Positions 39,540-51,079 of a stretch of DNA of 64,000 nucleotides are shown piece by piece. Origin of the DNA: Adineta vaga (lineage: Eukaryota > Animalia > Rotifera); the NCBI GenBank assembly GCA_021613535.1, contig CP075492.1, positions 3,286,001-3,350,000 of the forward strand, read 5' to 3'. The notes below the pieces were generated by a model. It searched no databases. It was not told where the DNA came from and was given only the letters and a program-made list of their open reading frames with translations. Numbering within the stretch: position 1 is the first letter of the stretch; every line of letters begins with the position of its first letter. The position numbers were made by a program, and so were the translations under genes.

Positions 39540-40739
39540 TCAACAATTAAGATTATTTGAAACAATTGACGAACTTGAATTCACAATAAAATTTGCTAAT
39601 TGATTTTCCATACAAATATTATTTGATACAATAAATGATGAACCATTTATGTATAAACCTTGACCATTTTCAAATATTCTCGATGCAATGATTTGAAATT
39701 GTGTAACAGATTTATTCATAACCCAAATACCTTTCCCTTTATTATTTCTCACATGAACTCCATTCAAAATAAATGTTCCACTTTTAACAGTAATTCCATT
39801 ACACCAATCAGAATTCTTTGGACATTCATAAACTCCTCCATTAAAAATCGTCCCACCACTAATTGTTAAAAGTGCCGTTGTATTTTCTTCAATATAAACT
39901 TGATGCATTGTACTTGATGCTGCCCATATTCCCACAATTGAAACATAGCTATTGTCACGTATAATTAATCCTTGTCCATTTGAATCAATTGTTGCTTGAC
40001 TAATAAATATTTCTCTATTTGATCCATGTCCATTACTATTTTCAATTAATATTCCGGTTCCTAATGCAATGATATCTGTATTTTCAATATGAACTCCACC
40101 ATTATTTCCCGTACAATGAATTCCAATACTTTGATCAAAACGAAGATTTGGACCAATTATTCTTCCACCTAAAATTCTTACTTCTGATCCATAGCCAATT
40201 TCAATTCCTGTACCTCGAATTTCCCACATAATTACATCACGTATTGTATTTGTATCTGCAACACCTGATAGACATATTCCACTACTTGTTGGGCTAATTT
40301 TCGAATCATTTGAATTGATTATTAAATGTTCAATTTGACTTTTAACTAAATTCTCTGCATAGATTCCAAATTTATCCAATGATTTCGGTGTAATACTTGA
40401 TGTTATCACAAAATCACGGATCGTCACTTCAGATATTCCATTATTACTTGGTAAAATCTGAATTAAATGATCATTAAATTCCCATAAAAGAATCGAATTC
40501 ATCCCATCACCATTGATTGTAAATGGAACATTTGTTTGAAATATTAAAGATGAACGTATAACAAATGTTCCACTTGGAATATAAAGAACACCACCATTGA
40601 TCATACATTTGGAAATTGTATCTAATACAGCATGTGTATCATCAGTAATTCCATCTCCGATTGCACCATAATCTCGAATATTGAAAATTGTGGAGGAAAC
40701 AATTGGAAATAATAAAAACGCAAACTCTACACGAAACAT
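39540..40739 (-). CDS. Secreted pectate-lyase-superfamily (Pectate_lyase_3-like) beta-helix protein, intronless
   Basis: Signal peptide, FNIRDYGAIGDGITDDT..LYIPSGTF, Gly/Ile/Asn-rich beta-helix repeats. Confidence 0.85.
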   Translation of the reverse strand: MFRVEFAFLLFPIVSSTIFNIRDYGAIGDGITDDTHAVLDTISKCMINGGVLYIPSGTFVIRSSLIFQTNVPFTINGDGMNSILLWEFNDHLIQILPSNNGISEVTIRDFVITSSITPKSLDKFGIYAENLVKSQIEHLIINSNDSKISPTSSGICLSGVADTNTIRDVIMWEIRGTGIEIGYGSEVRILGGRIIGPNLRFDQSIGIHCTGNNGGVHIENTDIIALGTGILIENSNGHGSNREIFISQATIDSNGQGLIIRDNSYVSIVGIWAASSTMHQVYIEENTTALLTISGGTIFNGGVYECPKNSDWCNGITVKSGTFILNGVHVRNNKGKGIWVMNKSVTQFQIIASRIFENGQGLYINGSSFIVSNNICMENQLANFIVNSSSSIVSNNLNC

Positions 40740-40786
40740 TTTTTACTTTTGACTGTTTCTTATCTTTCTTATTTGATAAAAATGAA

Positions 40787-41080
40787 TTAAAGATAAGTTT
40801 TTACCCATTCTGCAATGAGATCATTCGCCTGTCGAAATGCTTTTATAACCACAGGATTGTCCTGATTTGGTCGTGCAGCAAATTCATCTCTTTGTGCACA
40901 AGCAAAAGTTGCAGGTATTGAAAGTTGTTCTGTTCATGAGACATAACAACCAACTGTTTGAATTCTTTGTATTCGTCTTTCAGAACGAAGTCTATTCGAA
41001 AGAAAGTTTTCTTTTCTAAATAGAAAATAAAACTGACTTTAAAAAATCTTTCGACAATTGGAATGATGATTTAGAAGAAG
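40787..41080 (-). pseudogene. Internally deleted dienelactone-hydrolase-family remnant
   Basis: Manual translation IPIVERFFK|intron|LRSERRIQRIQTVGCY..EQLSIPATFACAQRDEFAARPNQDNPVVIKAFRQANDLIAEWVKTYL*. Confidence 0.55.
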
Positions 41081-41474
41081 CTGAACCAGATTATTACAAT
41101 AACTGCCCTTCTAAGAACCATTACTATTATCTCAGTTTCATCTATTCTATATCGACTTATAGGATAAGTTTAATAGATTGCAGTTTATTGTTAACATTCA
41201 TCAGTCTTTAAATGTGTTCAAACAATATCAGGTTCATATATTTTTGTATTTGTGATTCTCTAATTGGTATTATTACTAATTAAATTAGATGATCTCTCAA
41301 GATATATTCGGTAAAATATTTTCTGTATATTTTACTGAAACATTCGACCTTACGTGTAATTAAGGGTTCTAATAATTAACCGGTACTATAAAAAGTATTT
41401 TGATTAGAAAAGAAAGACATAGACAGAAAAAAATAATTCGATTCACATTGAAATAAAATAACAGAAGAATAGAA

Positions 41475-42902
41475 TTACAAGTCTTCGTAAGCCTTAGTAT
41501 GTTTTCTACTCAGCTTTACATTATAAAACGATGAAATCTTTATACGATCGATATCTGCCATTGTTAGTGAGTCTGTTGTTAAACTATTTTCCATATCCAT
41601 GGTTCGTCTTTTCATAGATGATGCTGCACTTTGAATGAACTCTATTGTATCTCTTTGATCATCATTTTTCGTTTCTGCCGTAAGAGTTAATTTATCTTGC
41701 AATATATCTATTGTCTTGGAAATTGATTGTGATAGTTGATGTGCATCTTTGACACGTCCTTCACTCAATAATTTTGTTATTTCTTCTTGATGTCTTTGAA
41801 TTTTTTGTAATTCAATTAAATGTTGTATAATCTCATTTAATTCATTTAATTCTTTTTCATCTCGACTAAAAGATAACCGTAATGTATCTGTAGCAATTAA
41901 TTTCGATACTCGATCAGTAACATCAACCACCCATAATTCGACAATTATATAATCAATATCAGAATTCTTCAATACTTCATCGGTTATTTTCACTTGTGTT
42001 TCTAAAAGAATGTTCATCATATCGTTGTAACGAAGATTTCCAATAGAAATTATTTGTTCTTCTTTTTTGTCTGCCATTTCATATCCGTATACACCAGTAA
42101 TCTTTGTATCATATTTATTTATGATTTTTACATAAGCATCAATACCCATAAGGTTTTGAAATCCTTGATATGCTATACCAACAACTTTTTCCATACTTTC
42201 AGCACCTTTAATAAAAAAGTAATCACCTGAACCATAATCAGCAATATTTGTCATTAATTTTTCATCGAAATCATATCCAATACCAAATGAACAGATTGTT
42301 ACATCATAAGTATTCTTGATAGTTGTGATTTCTTTCAACAAAAGATTATGATCAGTTATACCTTCATTGATTTGACCATCAGATAAAATAAAAACTCGTT
42401 TCACAGTCGATCTATCGGCATATTTTTTTAATAATGGTATAAGTTGATCGAGACCTGCTTTCAAATTTGTACCACCAGATGGATATAAATTATGTAAAAT
42501 CGTTAACATAGCTTTTTGATCATCGGAATTTTCGAATACAACGGAAGAAATTGAATTATAATGAATCATATGTAATCTATCACCAGTATTCATACTTTTA
42601 ATAATATGTTCAATGGCTGATATGGCATTGGGCCACTTGTTTGCGCCGGCCATACTACCTGATGAATCGAGAACAATGAATAATTCACGTGGTAGTTTTG
42701 ACTGAGCACCCGAATAATTTCCTGTCTTGATTTCAATGTTTACATGTTGTGTGTAGGTAGAAATTTCATGTGGAAAAAATTGTTTTTCTTGACTGATAGA
42801 GAGCTGAACAGGAAAAAAAGAAGTTGCGATCGATTGAGTAAAAATTACCGTAAAATAGATGAATAGTAATGAATTCATTTTTAGACACATTCTATAGAGC
42901 AT
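41475..42902 (-). CDS. Secreted von Willebrand factor A (vWA) domain protein, intronless
   Basis: MIDAS motif VLDSSGSM, GGTN, ILSDGQIN, SFGIG.DFDE..M..IA..G.G.Y. N-terminal hydrophobic signal. Confidence 0.9.
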   Translation of the reverse strand: MLYRMCLKMNSLLFIYFTVIFTQSIATSFFPVQLSISQEKQFFPHEISTYTQHVNIEIKTGNYSGAQSKLPRELFIVLDSSGSMAGANKWPNAISAIEHIIKSMNTGDRLHMIHYNSISSVVFENSDDQKAMLTILHNLYPSGGTNLKAGLDQLIPLLKKYADRSTVKRVFILSDGQINEGITDHNLLLKEITTIKNTYDVTICSFGIGYDFDEKLMTNIADYGSGDYFFIKGAESMEKVVGIAYQGFQNLMGIDAYVKIINKYDTKITGVYGYEMADKKEEQIISIGNLRYNDMMNILLETQVKITDEVLKNSDIDYIIVELWVVDVTDRVSKLIATDTLRLSFSRDEKELNELNEIIQHLIELQKIQRHQEEITKLLSEGRVKDAHQLSQSISKTIDILQDKLTLTAETKNDDQRDTIEFIQSAASSMKRRTMDMENSLTTDSLTMADIDRIKISSFYNVKLSRKHTKAYEDL

Positions 42903-42949
42903 TCAACAGAAGAGATGTGATTTATGATTTCTATTCATCTACACACTTA

Positions 42950-43170
42950 CAGTGTTGGCCAAAATTATAAGAACAAGTTTTTTTTCAAATTGTGAGCGTG
43001 TTCTCGTCTCCTCTTTCCCTGCTTAGATTGATTTATAAATCAGTATATATACATTCAAGTATGCTCTATTCAAATATCACGTTGGATGTTTTTCAAACAT
43101 ATTTATTTTCGTAAGAAAAACAAATGAATGAAAAAATGTGCTTTTGACCTGGTCATAATTATAAGAACAA
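42950..43170 (+). mobile_element. Solo left end of an IR/DR-type Tc1-like transposon
   Basis: TA|CAGTGTTGGCCAAAATTATAAGAACAA terminus and an inner direct repeat GGTCATAATTATAAGAACAA at 43151-43170. Confidence 0.7.
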
Positions 43171-43910
43171 CGAAATCTTCGAATTTCATAACTGTATTAC
43201 TAATATTTACGCTCAACGGTAGTAAACAGTGAACCTGCATATTAATCGTGATAAAATATGGTAGAATTGTATTTTTCAGATATTAAATTGAGTTCATGTC
43301 TTTCGAGATTATCCAGTATATGCAACCTTTAAAGTTTCGCATAGAGTCTCAAACTAAGATGAACATTCCACGTTTGCATAGTAGTTTTTAAAAAGTCTAA
43401 TCTAAAATTATGTAACTGCTGAGAGAAAAACTCAATTCATGATCAAAATCTCGATCAGTTAATGAGGAACATGATGAAATCAATAAAACTCGAATACTCA
43501 ATGCAGGAGAACATTGAAAATGAAGAATATCGAGACATATTTCACCATTTGTACTTATATTTGAATGATAGATTGATGTAGTAAAACGAAGAACATGAGG
43601 TGGTTTGAATTGATAATTAAATGAAAAATCGATAGTAAGATAGAATCTATCACCAGCATAAGGTGCTTATTCTGGTTCATCAATATATCCAATTCAATGG
43701 GGAATATCTTTGTCAAAATGTTTTGGTTGTGCAGAGGGCGTGGGTGGAATGGCTTCCTCATACATCATCCATACCCCTCGTCCTCAATATTATAAAGCAT
43801 TGATATGCTACGAATTCGTCGCCCATGAAAATCATTCTCTGGTATATACATGTATATATATAAATTTCTATCTCATAAAGAGAAAATTCACAGAGGAATA
43901 AATAGGTCAG

Positions 43911-46531
43911 TTAGTATTCAAATGAAAGGCATAAATCATCAAAGCCGAATTCTGTTCCATTCTGTGCAAGACCATTCACCGGAGTACCACCTGATGTTGT
44001 AAAAATCAACGTATCTAGATTTGTGCAACTTCCACATGAAATAGTCACGAGTTAATTGTGTTTAACAAAGTGCTTCCACTAAGCATTGTAACACCAAGAC
44101 GATAACCGTATATGGTCCACGTTAGATCCAGACGCCAGCCAGCTGCCAATCTAACTTGATCGAAAGAAAAGCTTGTACCATTGGCTGATGTTATTCGAAC
44201 CACAGCTCCCCCTGGATTATAAGCGACATACGATTGAGAAACTACAGCTATTTTATAACCACTTAATGGTTCTTTTGATGTATTGAGATACAGAGTATTC
44301 GTCCAATTCAGACTTTTGTATCCATTAGGAATAACACCTGATGTAGACGTTTGACTAGGAATATCATCAAATGTGACACGTGTTGTACAAACTAAAATGA
44401 AAACGAAAAGAATAAAATAATTAGTTTAGGATGAAATAGTAAAATAGAAACTACAGGGTTTTGTTGTTGTCGTCGTTGTCGTCGTCGTCGTCGTCGTTGT
44501 TTTTGTTGTTGTTACTAAGCTGGTAATGGATACTATTAAAAGAAAAAAAAGAGAAATAGATTATTTCGTAGCCAGGATTTTGCTTTCTTATTCAATGTTA
44601 ATTGATTAGTAAAATAATAATCTAGTTTTTAGATAAGATAAAAGTTGTTGTATTTTATAAAATAGCTTTGGTCAGTTATGCATAATCTCTCGCTATTGTC
44701 GTCTTTCATCATACGATTTTCCTCTCTTCTCCTTCTTTCTATATGAGCGTGGATTGTAGTATGAAGTGAACATATTCTGGATATATGAGATAGCTCAATA
44801 AACATCTATACCGTGAGAAGTAGTAAGTTACTTAATCAGTTTGCCGTTACAGTGAGTGTGAGTATGTGTATTAAATAGCAAGAATATCCTCCCCCTCACC
44901 CTCAAAAGAACAGATCGATTCGAAGTCTAATCAAGGTGCTAGTTAACATACTAGTAGCCATATAGATGTACGAAACTTAAATTTCAGAATAAGTTACTCG
45001 TATTTTTGTATACACACGCAAGCTCATCATTAGATCTATAACAACTCATTCATACTTGCACTCGTGACAGAATAAATGCCAAGACTTCTAATAATTTTCT
45101 TCTTATATGTCAACAAGTCATAGCTACAATCATATTTCAATTTAAGATAAATAGACGTACCACATGAGTTAGTTACCAAAATGAATTTTTGAATTCTCGA
45201 ATTGTTTAAATCAGTAACAAATATGTTACCTTTATTGTCAAACGCCATCGTTTGTGGATTGTGCATTTGACTCGACGTTGCTCCACTTTTACCTGAACAT
45301 CCAACTAAACAGTGAAATCCGTTTTGGATTGATCGAATAATCCGGTGATTGTGACTATCTACAATAAATAGATATCCATCAGCGTCGAGTACAACACATG
45401 TCGGTCTGTTAAGTATGAAGTCTTGTGATGCGCCAAAGCCTGCCACGGTCACAGCATTTACTTCATTAGGTGAAAATAGCTGAATTCTGTTGTTGTAACT
45501 ATCCGCCACGTATAAATGGAAACTGATGTCGACAAAGATTCCGTTCGGATGATCGAGCATGTTGGAGACTGGACCAGGACAACCGGTGCCAGCGACAATG
45601 ATTGACATGGAATAGTTGCGGTCGAGTGCAAATCTAACAACTCGATGATGTTTTATCAACGAACAATATAGATTATTATTGATGTCCAAAAACAATCCCG
45701 TGCAAGATCCATCAACACGTACAACAGACTCACTGTTAGTTGTATTATTCACCAACCATTTGTCGATACGATTATTCAAATTACCGTTATCCACAAAAAT
45801 ATCACCGTGAGTTGTAACAAAGACACTCCATGATTTAATCAAATATCCAGTGATACTTTTGATTAGAGTGGAAGATCCATTGTACCAGATCACAATACGA
45901 CCATTTTCACCATCTGGTACATAAATAGTGTTTTCAGTGTTGATAAAAATACCAGCAGATCGTTGGCCAATTGTATCGTTCTTAGCAAATGTAATTGCAT
46001 CTAAGTTCCATGATGCACACGAACTAAATTTAGGCCGATTGTACGATACAACTGTTAAAAAGAAGAAAAATTTCTAGTTATTACTATTTTCTCCAGATGT
46101 AACACTTGGCTATTTATCTAGATAACAGATTTCTTCGATCTTATCTCATTTTCGACATTATAAGAGCTTAGACAAAGAGAAAAATGACACGGGCTAAGAA
46201 AATAATGATGCTCCGCTGTAAAATGTGATATAAAATTTCCTCTTCAAGATCAATATGACAAGTACTCAATTGTAAGAAATAACGGCACTAATATCTAATA
46301 GTATGATATATTTCTGAATATTTTAAAGTTGAACATTAAAAATCTCGATAAGTTTGCAGGAAGACTTGTCGTATATATATATTTTCCAGTGTTAGTGTCA
46401 ATCATTTATTTTACTAATCGTATTGAGTAAAAAGAAAAGTTATTGATCTAAACTGAATCAAGAAAATCATCTTTACCTGCAAAACAAGTACTAAACAAGG
46501 CTATGACACCGAAATAAATCATCGACATCAT
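43911..46531 (-). CDS. Secreted NHL-repeat protein with Thr stalk and C-terminal bacterial-like domain, frameshift near 44048
   Basis: Exons 46531-46477 (signal), 46051-45161 (NHL: P.GIFVD..LYVADSYNNRIQ), 44532-44455 (poly-Thr), 44391-43911 (VTFDDIP..IPNGYKSLNW...FGFDDLCLSFEY*). Confidence 0.8.
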
Positions 46532-48505
46532 GACACAACATTCATAGTCCATATAAATTTAATTTGCTAGGATTTTATTGATACTTGCTTCCTATTTACT
46601 GGTGATTTTGTGTTCAATGTATGACAGAAAATGAATAAATAGACTGAAATTTAATAATCAAATGTATACATGATAATATCATGAACAAGTTTCGAAGTAA
46701 CACTATCATCAAAGCATTTTTAGCATGTTTAACCCATGACGTGACATAATTCTATAGACCTAAAATACGTGACAATATATGCTCGAAAAGTCATGTCTAA
46801 TATTAGTTAGGTTTTATGTTCAGAAACTTTTGTGTATGATTTCGTTAAAAAAATCAATATTATTCAGATTTAATGTTGTCCAGAAGATGAGGATGGGTGA
46901 AGGTATGGGTGCCATTACAAAAGATACCCACATCCTTTCATTCCTGATTAAAATTATAAAAATGTCTCTATTGAACTTGAACCAATTTTACTGTTGTTGG
47001 TTACCATCGAAAGAGATTTCCTACGCATAAATATATATTGTACATAATTCACAGATTCATATTTATATTCCTATTCATTTTTTTCTCTAATGTAATAATT
47101 ATACTTTTATAGAGAATAAAATGTGAATGTTTCTTATTTGGAACAGCTTCTACGGCACGTTTAGAATAGAATAGGCTAAAGCATCGGAATAAGTCTTTTC
47201 ATCTTGCTCACAAATTAAACCAATATTTTTATGAACTTCTGCAAGATATGGATGTGTTCGCGAATTCTAATAAAAAGATAAACGTTTTTAATAATTATTC
47301 ATAGCAATTTCTGTTTGACCAAGTTTGTAATATTTAACATAACCAAATATGATTGTATAAGATTCGAGATGACAGATTTCCATGAAAATTTCCATTTAAT
47401 ATAAATTCACATGCTTGTCCGAAATAATCCAAAGATTTATGATAATTTTCAAGTTTACATTCAATTAAACCCAAATTCATATACATGACTATTCGTGAAA
47501 TTTGATTCTTCTTATTTAAGATAAATAAACGTTGAGCTTTTATACAAAACTATAACTTTTATGGATTTTATCTTTTTGATATTTTTCATGAATATGAAGT
47601 GCTGATTGATAGCATGATAATGCTGATTTATAGTTTCCAAAGCGTTCATAGACGGAACCCATGTCCATAAATCATAAGGATGTGAATGTGAGTGGAGTGA
47701 AGAAGATATACCCACACCTACACACTCAATGAATGTATTCCAGTTATTTTCTAAATATATGATTAGTTTAATGCATAAATAACACTCATCGAGGTTGACT
47801 CGCTTGACCGATTATTTTTGCTCAAAAGTTTTTGTTTAAAATGATTTTATGATTTAAAAACAGATGATGATAGAATTTTTCATATATTATGTTTGTAGCA
47901 AAACTATTTTCTTTCAAAACAAATAATTTTGTTGAAAAACAGATGTCAATGAATATTTTCAGTATATCGATATACTAATTATAAGAATTTTTCTTGATGG
48001 TAATGTCTGTAAGATAATGGGACAAAATTATCATTGTAAATAAAAAGTAGAAAAAACAATGAAACATGTTCTCTGCTAATTTTTGTACCTATGTGAAAAA
48101 AATCAACATTTTCGCATTTCTAGAGAAACAAAATCAGTGAGTGAGAAAGAGGGAGACAAGAGAAGAGAGAATGTTTAGACAAAAAGCTTTTATATTTTCA
48201 AAGAGTAATTGTCGGAATATTCGCTTTACTGATGTCTAAATTCAATAAAAATATCTTTGATTGGTGTTGACGTGCACTCATGTATTTACAAGTACATTTT
48301 TACTGATTAAAAGTGCATCTGTTTCGCTTTTGTCGAAGAGTGCTATTATATTCGAGAAGAAAAAAAAACGTTTACTTTTATCAACATTTTTTTCGTTCTT
48401 ACAAACACAAATGAAATTTCAACGTATTTTTCTTCATGAAAGTTTGATCATCAGCAATATTCAATTATTTCCTGACGAAACAAATTCTTCTTCGATAATA
48501 TTCAT

Positions 48506-49268
48506 ATGAATAAAACCAAAGAAACTTCTTCTAAACGATCAGAAATTATATATCCAACTCGACAAAATCATCTTTTCACTCAAAAATCCACGTTTGTTTC
48601 TCCATACAATTCACCTTCTCTTTACCAATTCGTTTGAATTATTTAGATGTACTACTTCACGGTTTATACGTATTCAATTATTAATTCTGTTGGGTCTTCT
48701 TGTCTTAGCAGCGATTATTATTCCCATAGTAGTGATTGTTCTTGGTAAGTGTAGATCTTATTTTTTAAAGTTCTCTCATTTATTTCTCTCAATTTTGTAG
48801 ATACTCGATTTAATGGTAAGTCGTTTCAGTAAGATATTTTCTTTGCTAAATATCAACATTTTAGCATGCGCACGATCATATACGGATAGTTTTATACAAG
48901 GTGTAACTCCAACAACTCAATGTATAAATTGGAGAATCTTTACAACTGGTTTAACATGTGCATCGTATTCAAAAATGCGTATTTATGGTTCGAATAATCC
49001 AACAGGTATAACAGTAACAGATTCAGCTAAGGTTACTGCACTTGCAATAGGTTTAAGATATAATACATCAGTACTTCTTAATCTAAATGGAGTCAATTGG
49101 AGAGTTGGCTTGTGTTCGTCGGGTTATGAAATAAGTTCAATAGGAAATTGTAATTGTAATTCACCAGGTTATGCACTTAGACCATGCCATTCAAGTGGAG
49201 ATTGGGGTGGAATCAATGGTCTACTTTGCAGTGCACCATCACAAACTTTGTCAATTTCTTTTGAATGA
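48506..49268 (+). CDS. Type II membrane protein with Cys-rich extracellular domain; includes a 15-nt microexon
   Basis: Exons 48506-48591, 48647-48744 (TM), 48801-48815, 48865-49268 (WRVGLC..CNC..GYALRPC..WGGING..C.APSQT). Confidence 0.75.
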
Positions 49269-49413
49269 AATGAATTGAAATTATATTTAAAAAATTTATT
49301 TTCATTAAAAAGAAAGAAGAGTATGATATAACACAAAAATTGATATATTCTCTTTGTCAAAGAGAAGACTTCAGCAAGAATAAAGTGTCTGCTTACTTGT
49401 CTATCCTCACTCC

Positions 49414-49480
49414 ATCTTGAGGGTGGGTGTGGGTGTACGTCTTACTTGCTATAATACACACCCACACCCTTTCTCGAGAT
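49414..49480. repeat. Telomere-like palindromic element (well preserved)
   Basis: ATCTTGAGGGTGGGTGTGGGTGTA...TACACACCCACACCCTTTCTCGAGAT. Confidence 0.85.
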
Positions 49481-50158
49481 ATTCGACTTCTGTTAAACTT
49501 GATAAATATGTCCTATGAAAATCTTGACAACATATTCGAATGATATTGCATTACTGTTATCTGATATTATTTTAATTGATGAGAGTAAAAATGCATGAAT
49601 TGATATGGCAAGTTTTACAACAGCATTTAAGGATATTTATGAAATTGTTGAAAAAATTACAGGACAAGTTAAAGAATTGTTTTTTAGATTATAATTTTGA
49701 ATTCACCGAAGATCAATCTTATCAAAATCTAACTTCATAACAATTAGATGATCAAATTTCAGAATTCATTAAATCCGTTTATGCGCGAAGTTAATATTGA
49801 AACTTTGAATTTTCATCTAGAAAATGTTCATTCGATTTTTTAGGTGATAGATATTTTCCGATAAACATTTCGACAAAATCGATTTTTTAGCACTAAAGTA
49901 AAAGATAAAAAAATACGTTATTGATAACTAGAAGGAAAAAGAAAAATATCTTTCTTTACACATAAAAACAAAACGAATGTTGCATAAAAGACGTTCTCTT
50001 CACTAAATTTTGCATCAATAATGAAAATAAGTTATCAATCATATAAGTGCCTACAATAATCACTGTTATCTTAGCGTATTTTATTGTTTCTTAAAGCAAT
50101 AAGATATTCGAAGATAAAAAGGCATTAGTCGTTATAAATGAACAATCAGATTTTCATC

Positions 50159-51079
50159 TTAACTCCATGTTTGTTGAGTTTGTTGTTTTTTGCAATCTCG
50201 TAAGAAAACAGAATGAGTATTTCCATCTTCAAAAGTGAAAATAACTTGCTTATTGTTATGAATTGGACCAAAATTAAATGCATAATATGGATTAGCACCA
50301 TGATGTACCCCAGATCGACCATCAATTGTTGCTTTAACCACTAGACGACCATTTGTATTTAAAAGTCCAATATTTTTATAATAAGAATTATCAACAGGAG
50401 CACCAGGATTGTAATAACAACGAGGACCATGAAAATTGAAAGCATTTCGATCAGTTAATTTAACACTACATGAAGTTATTCCAGGTGCTTTATTATTTGT
50501 AAGTTTATCCCAAGTTGAACCATAGAGATCAAGACCACCTCCTAAATTTGAATTTGTTACAATAATATCTAATGATCCATGATCACAATCAACATTAAGA
50601 ATATGACCACATAATTCAGGGCGAAATTTGAGATTTTTCAACGAATCAATATTTCCAAGTGCAACCGGATTAACAACAGCATAATCAGATGCTGGAAGTG
50701 CACATGCTCCATGTTCAGTTGCACCATGACGTGTTGTATGAACACCATAACTTACGTTACCTGTTGATGATCCTTCTTCTCGTATAACACCACAAACCAT
50801 ACTTCGATCACCAGTTTCAAAAGCATTTGCTTTCGTAACACGACCATGTTTCATCCAACAAGTTCCACCATTATGAGTTGTCCATGCAAAATGAGTACAA
50901 CCTGATGTTGCAGCACATCTTCCACCGCAATCTTCACCACGAATTCGAGCATCCATTAAATCATTTTTATAAAAATCACAACCAAATGCCCAATTTCCAT
51001 TCCAGACGATAGCTGATGTGTCATAAATAATCAATAGAAAAACAATGAGATATATAGGAATCAAAGATAAAGATGCCAT
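50159..51079 (-). CDS. Secreted PAN/apple + expansin-like (DPBB + CBM63-like) protein, intronless
   Basis: Signal peptide. CDF..NDL..CGGRC..CTHFAWT..GTCWMK (PAN). GACAL..VAL..CG..L.V.C..IIVTN..GLDL (DPBB). Confidence 0.75.
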   Translation of the reverse strand: MASLSLIPIYLIVFLLIIYDTSAIVWNGNWAFGCDFYKNDLMDARIRGEDCGGRCAATSGCTHFAWTTHNGGTCWMKHGRVTKANAFETGDRSMVCGVIREEGSSTGNVSYGVHTTRHGATEHGACALPASDYAVVNPVALGNIDSLKNLKFRPELCGHILNVDCDHGSLDIIVTNSNLGGGLDLYGSTWDKLTNNKAPGITSCSVKLTDRNAFNFHGPRCYYNPGAPVDNSYYKNIGLLNTNGRLVVKATIDGRSGVHHGANPYYAFNFGPIHNNKQVIFTFEDGNTHSVFLRDCKKQQTQQTWS

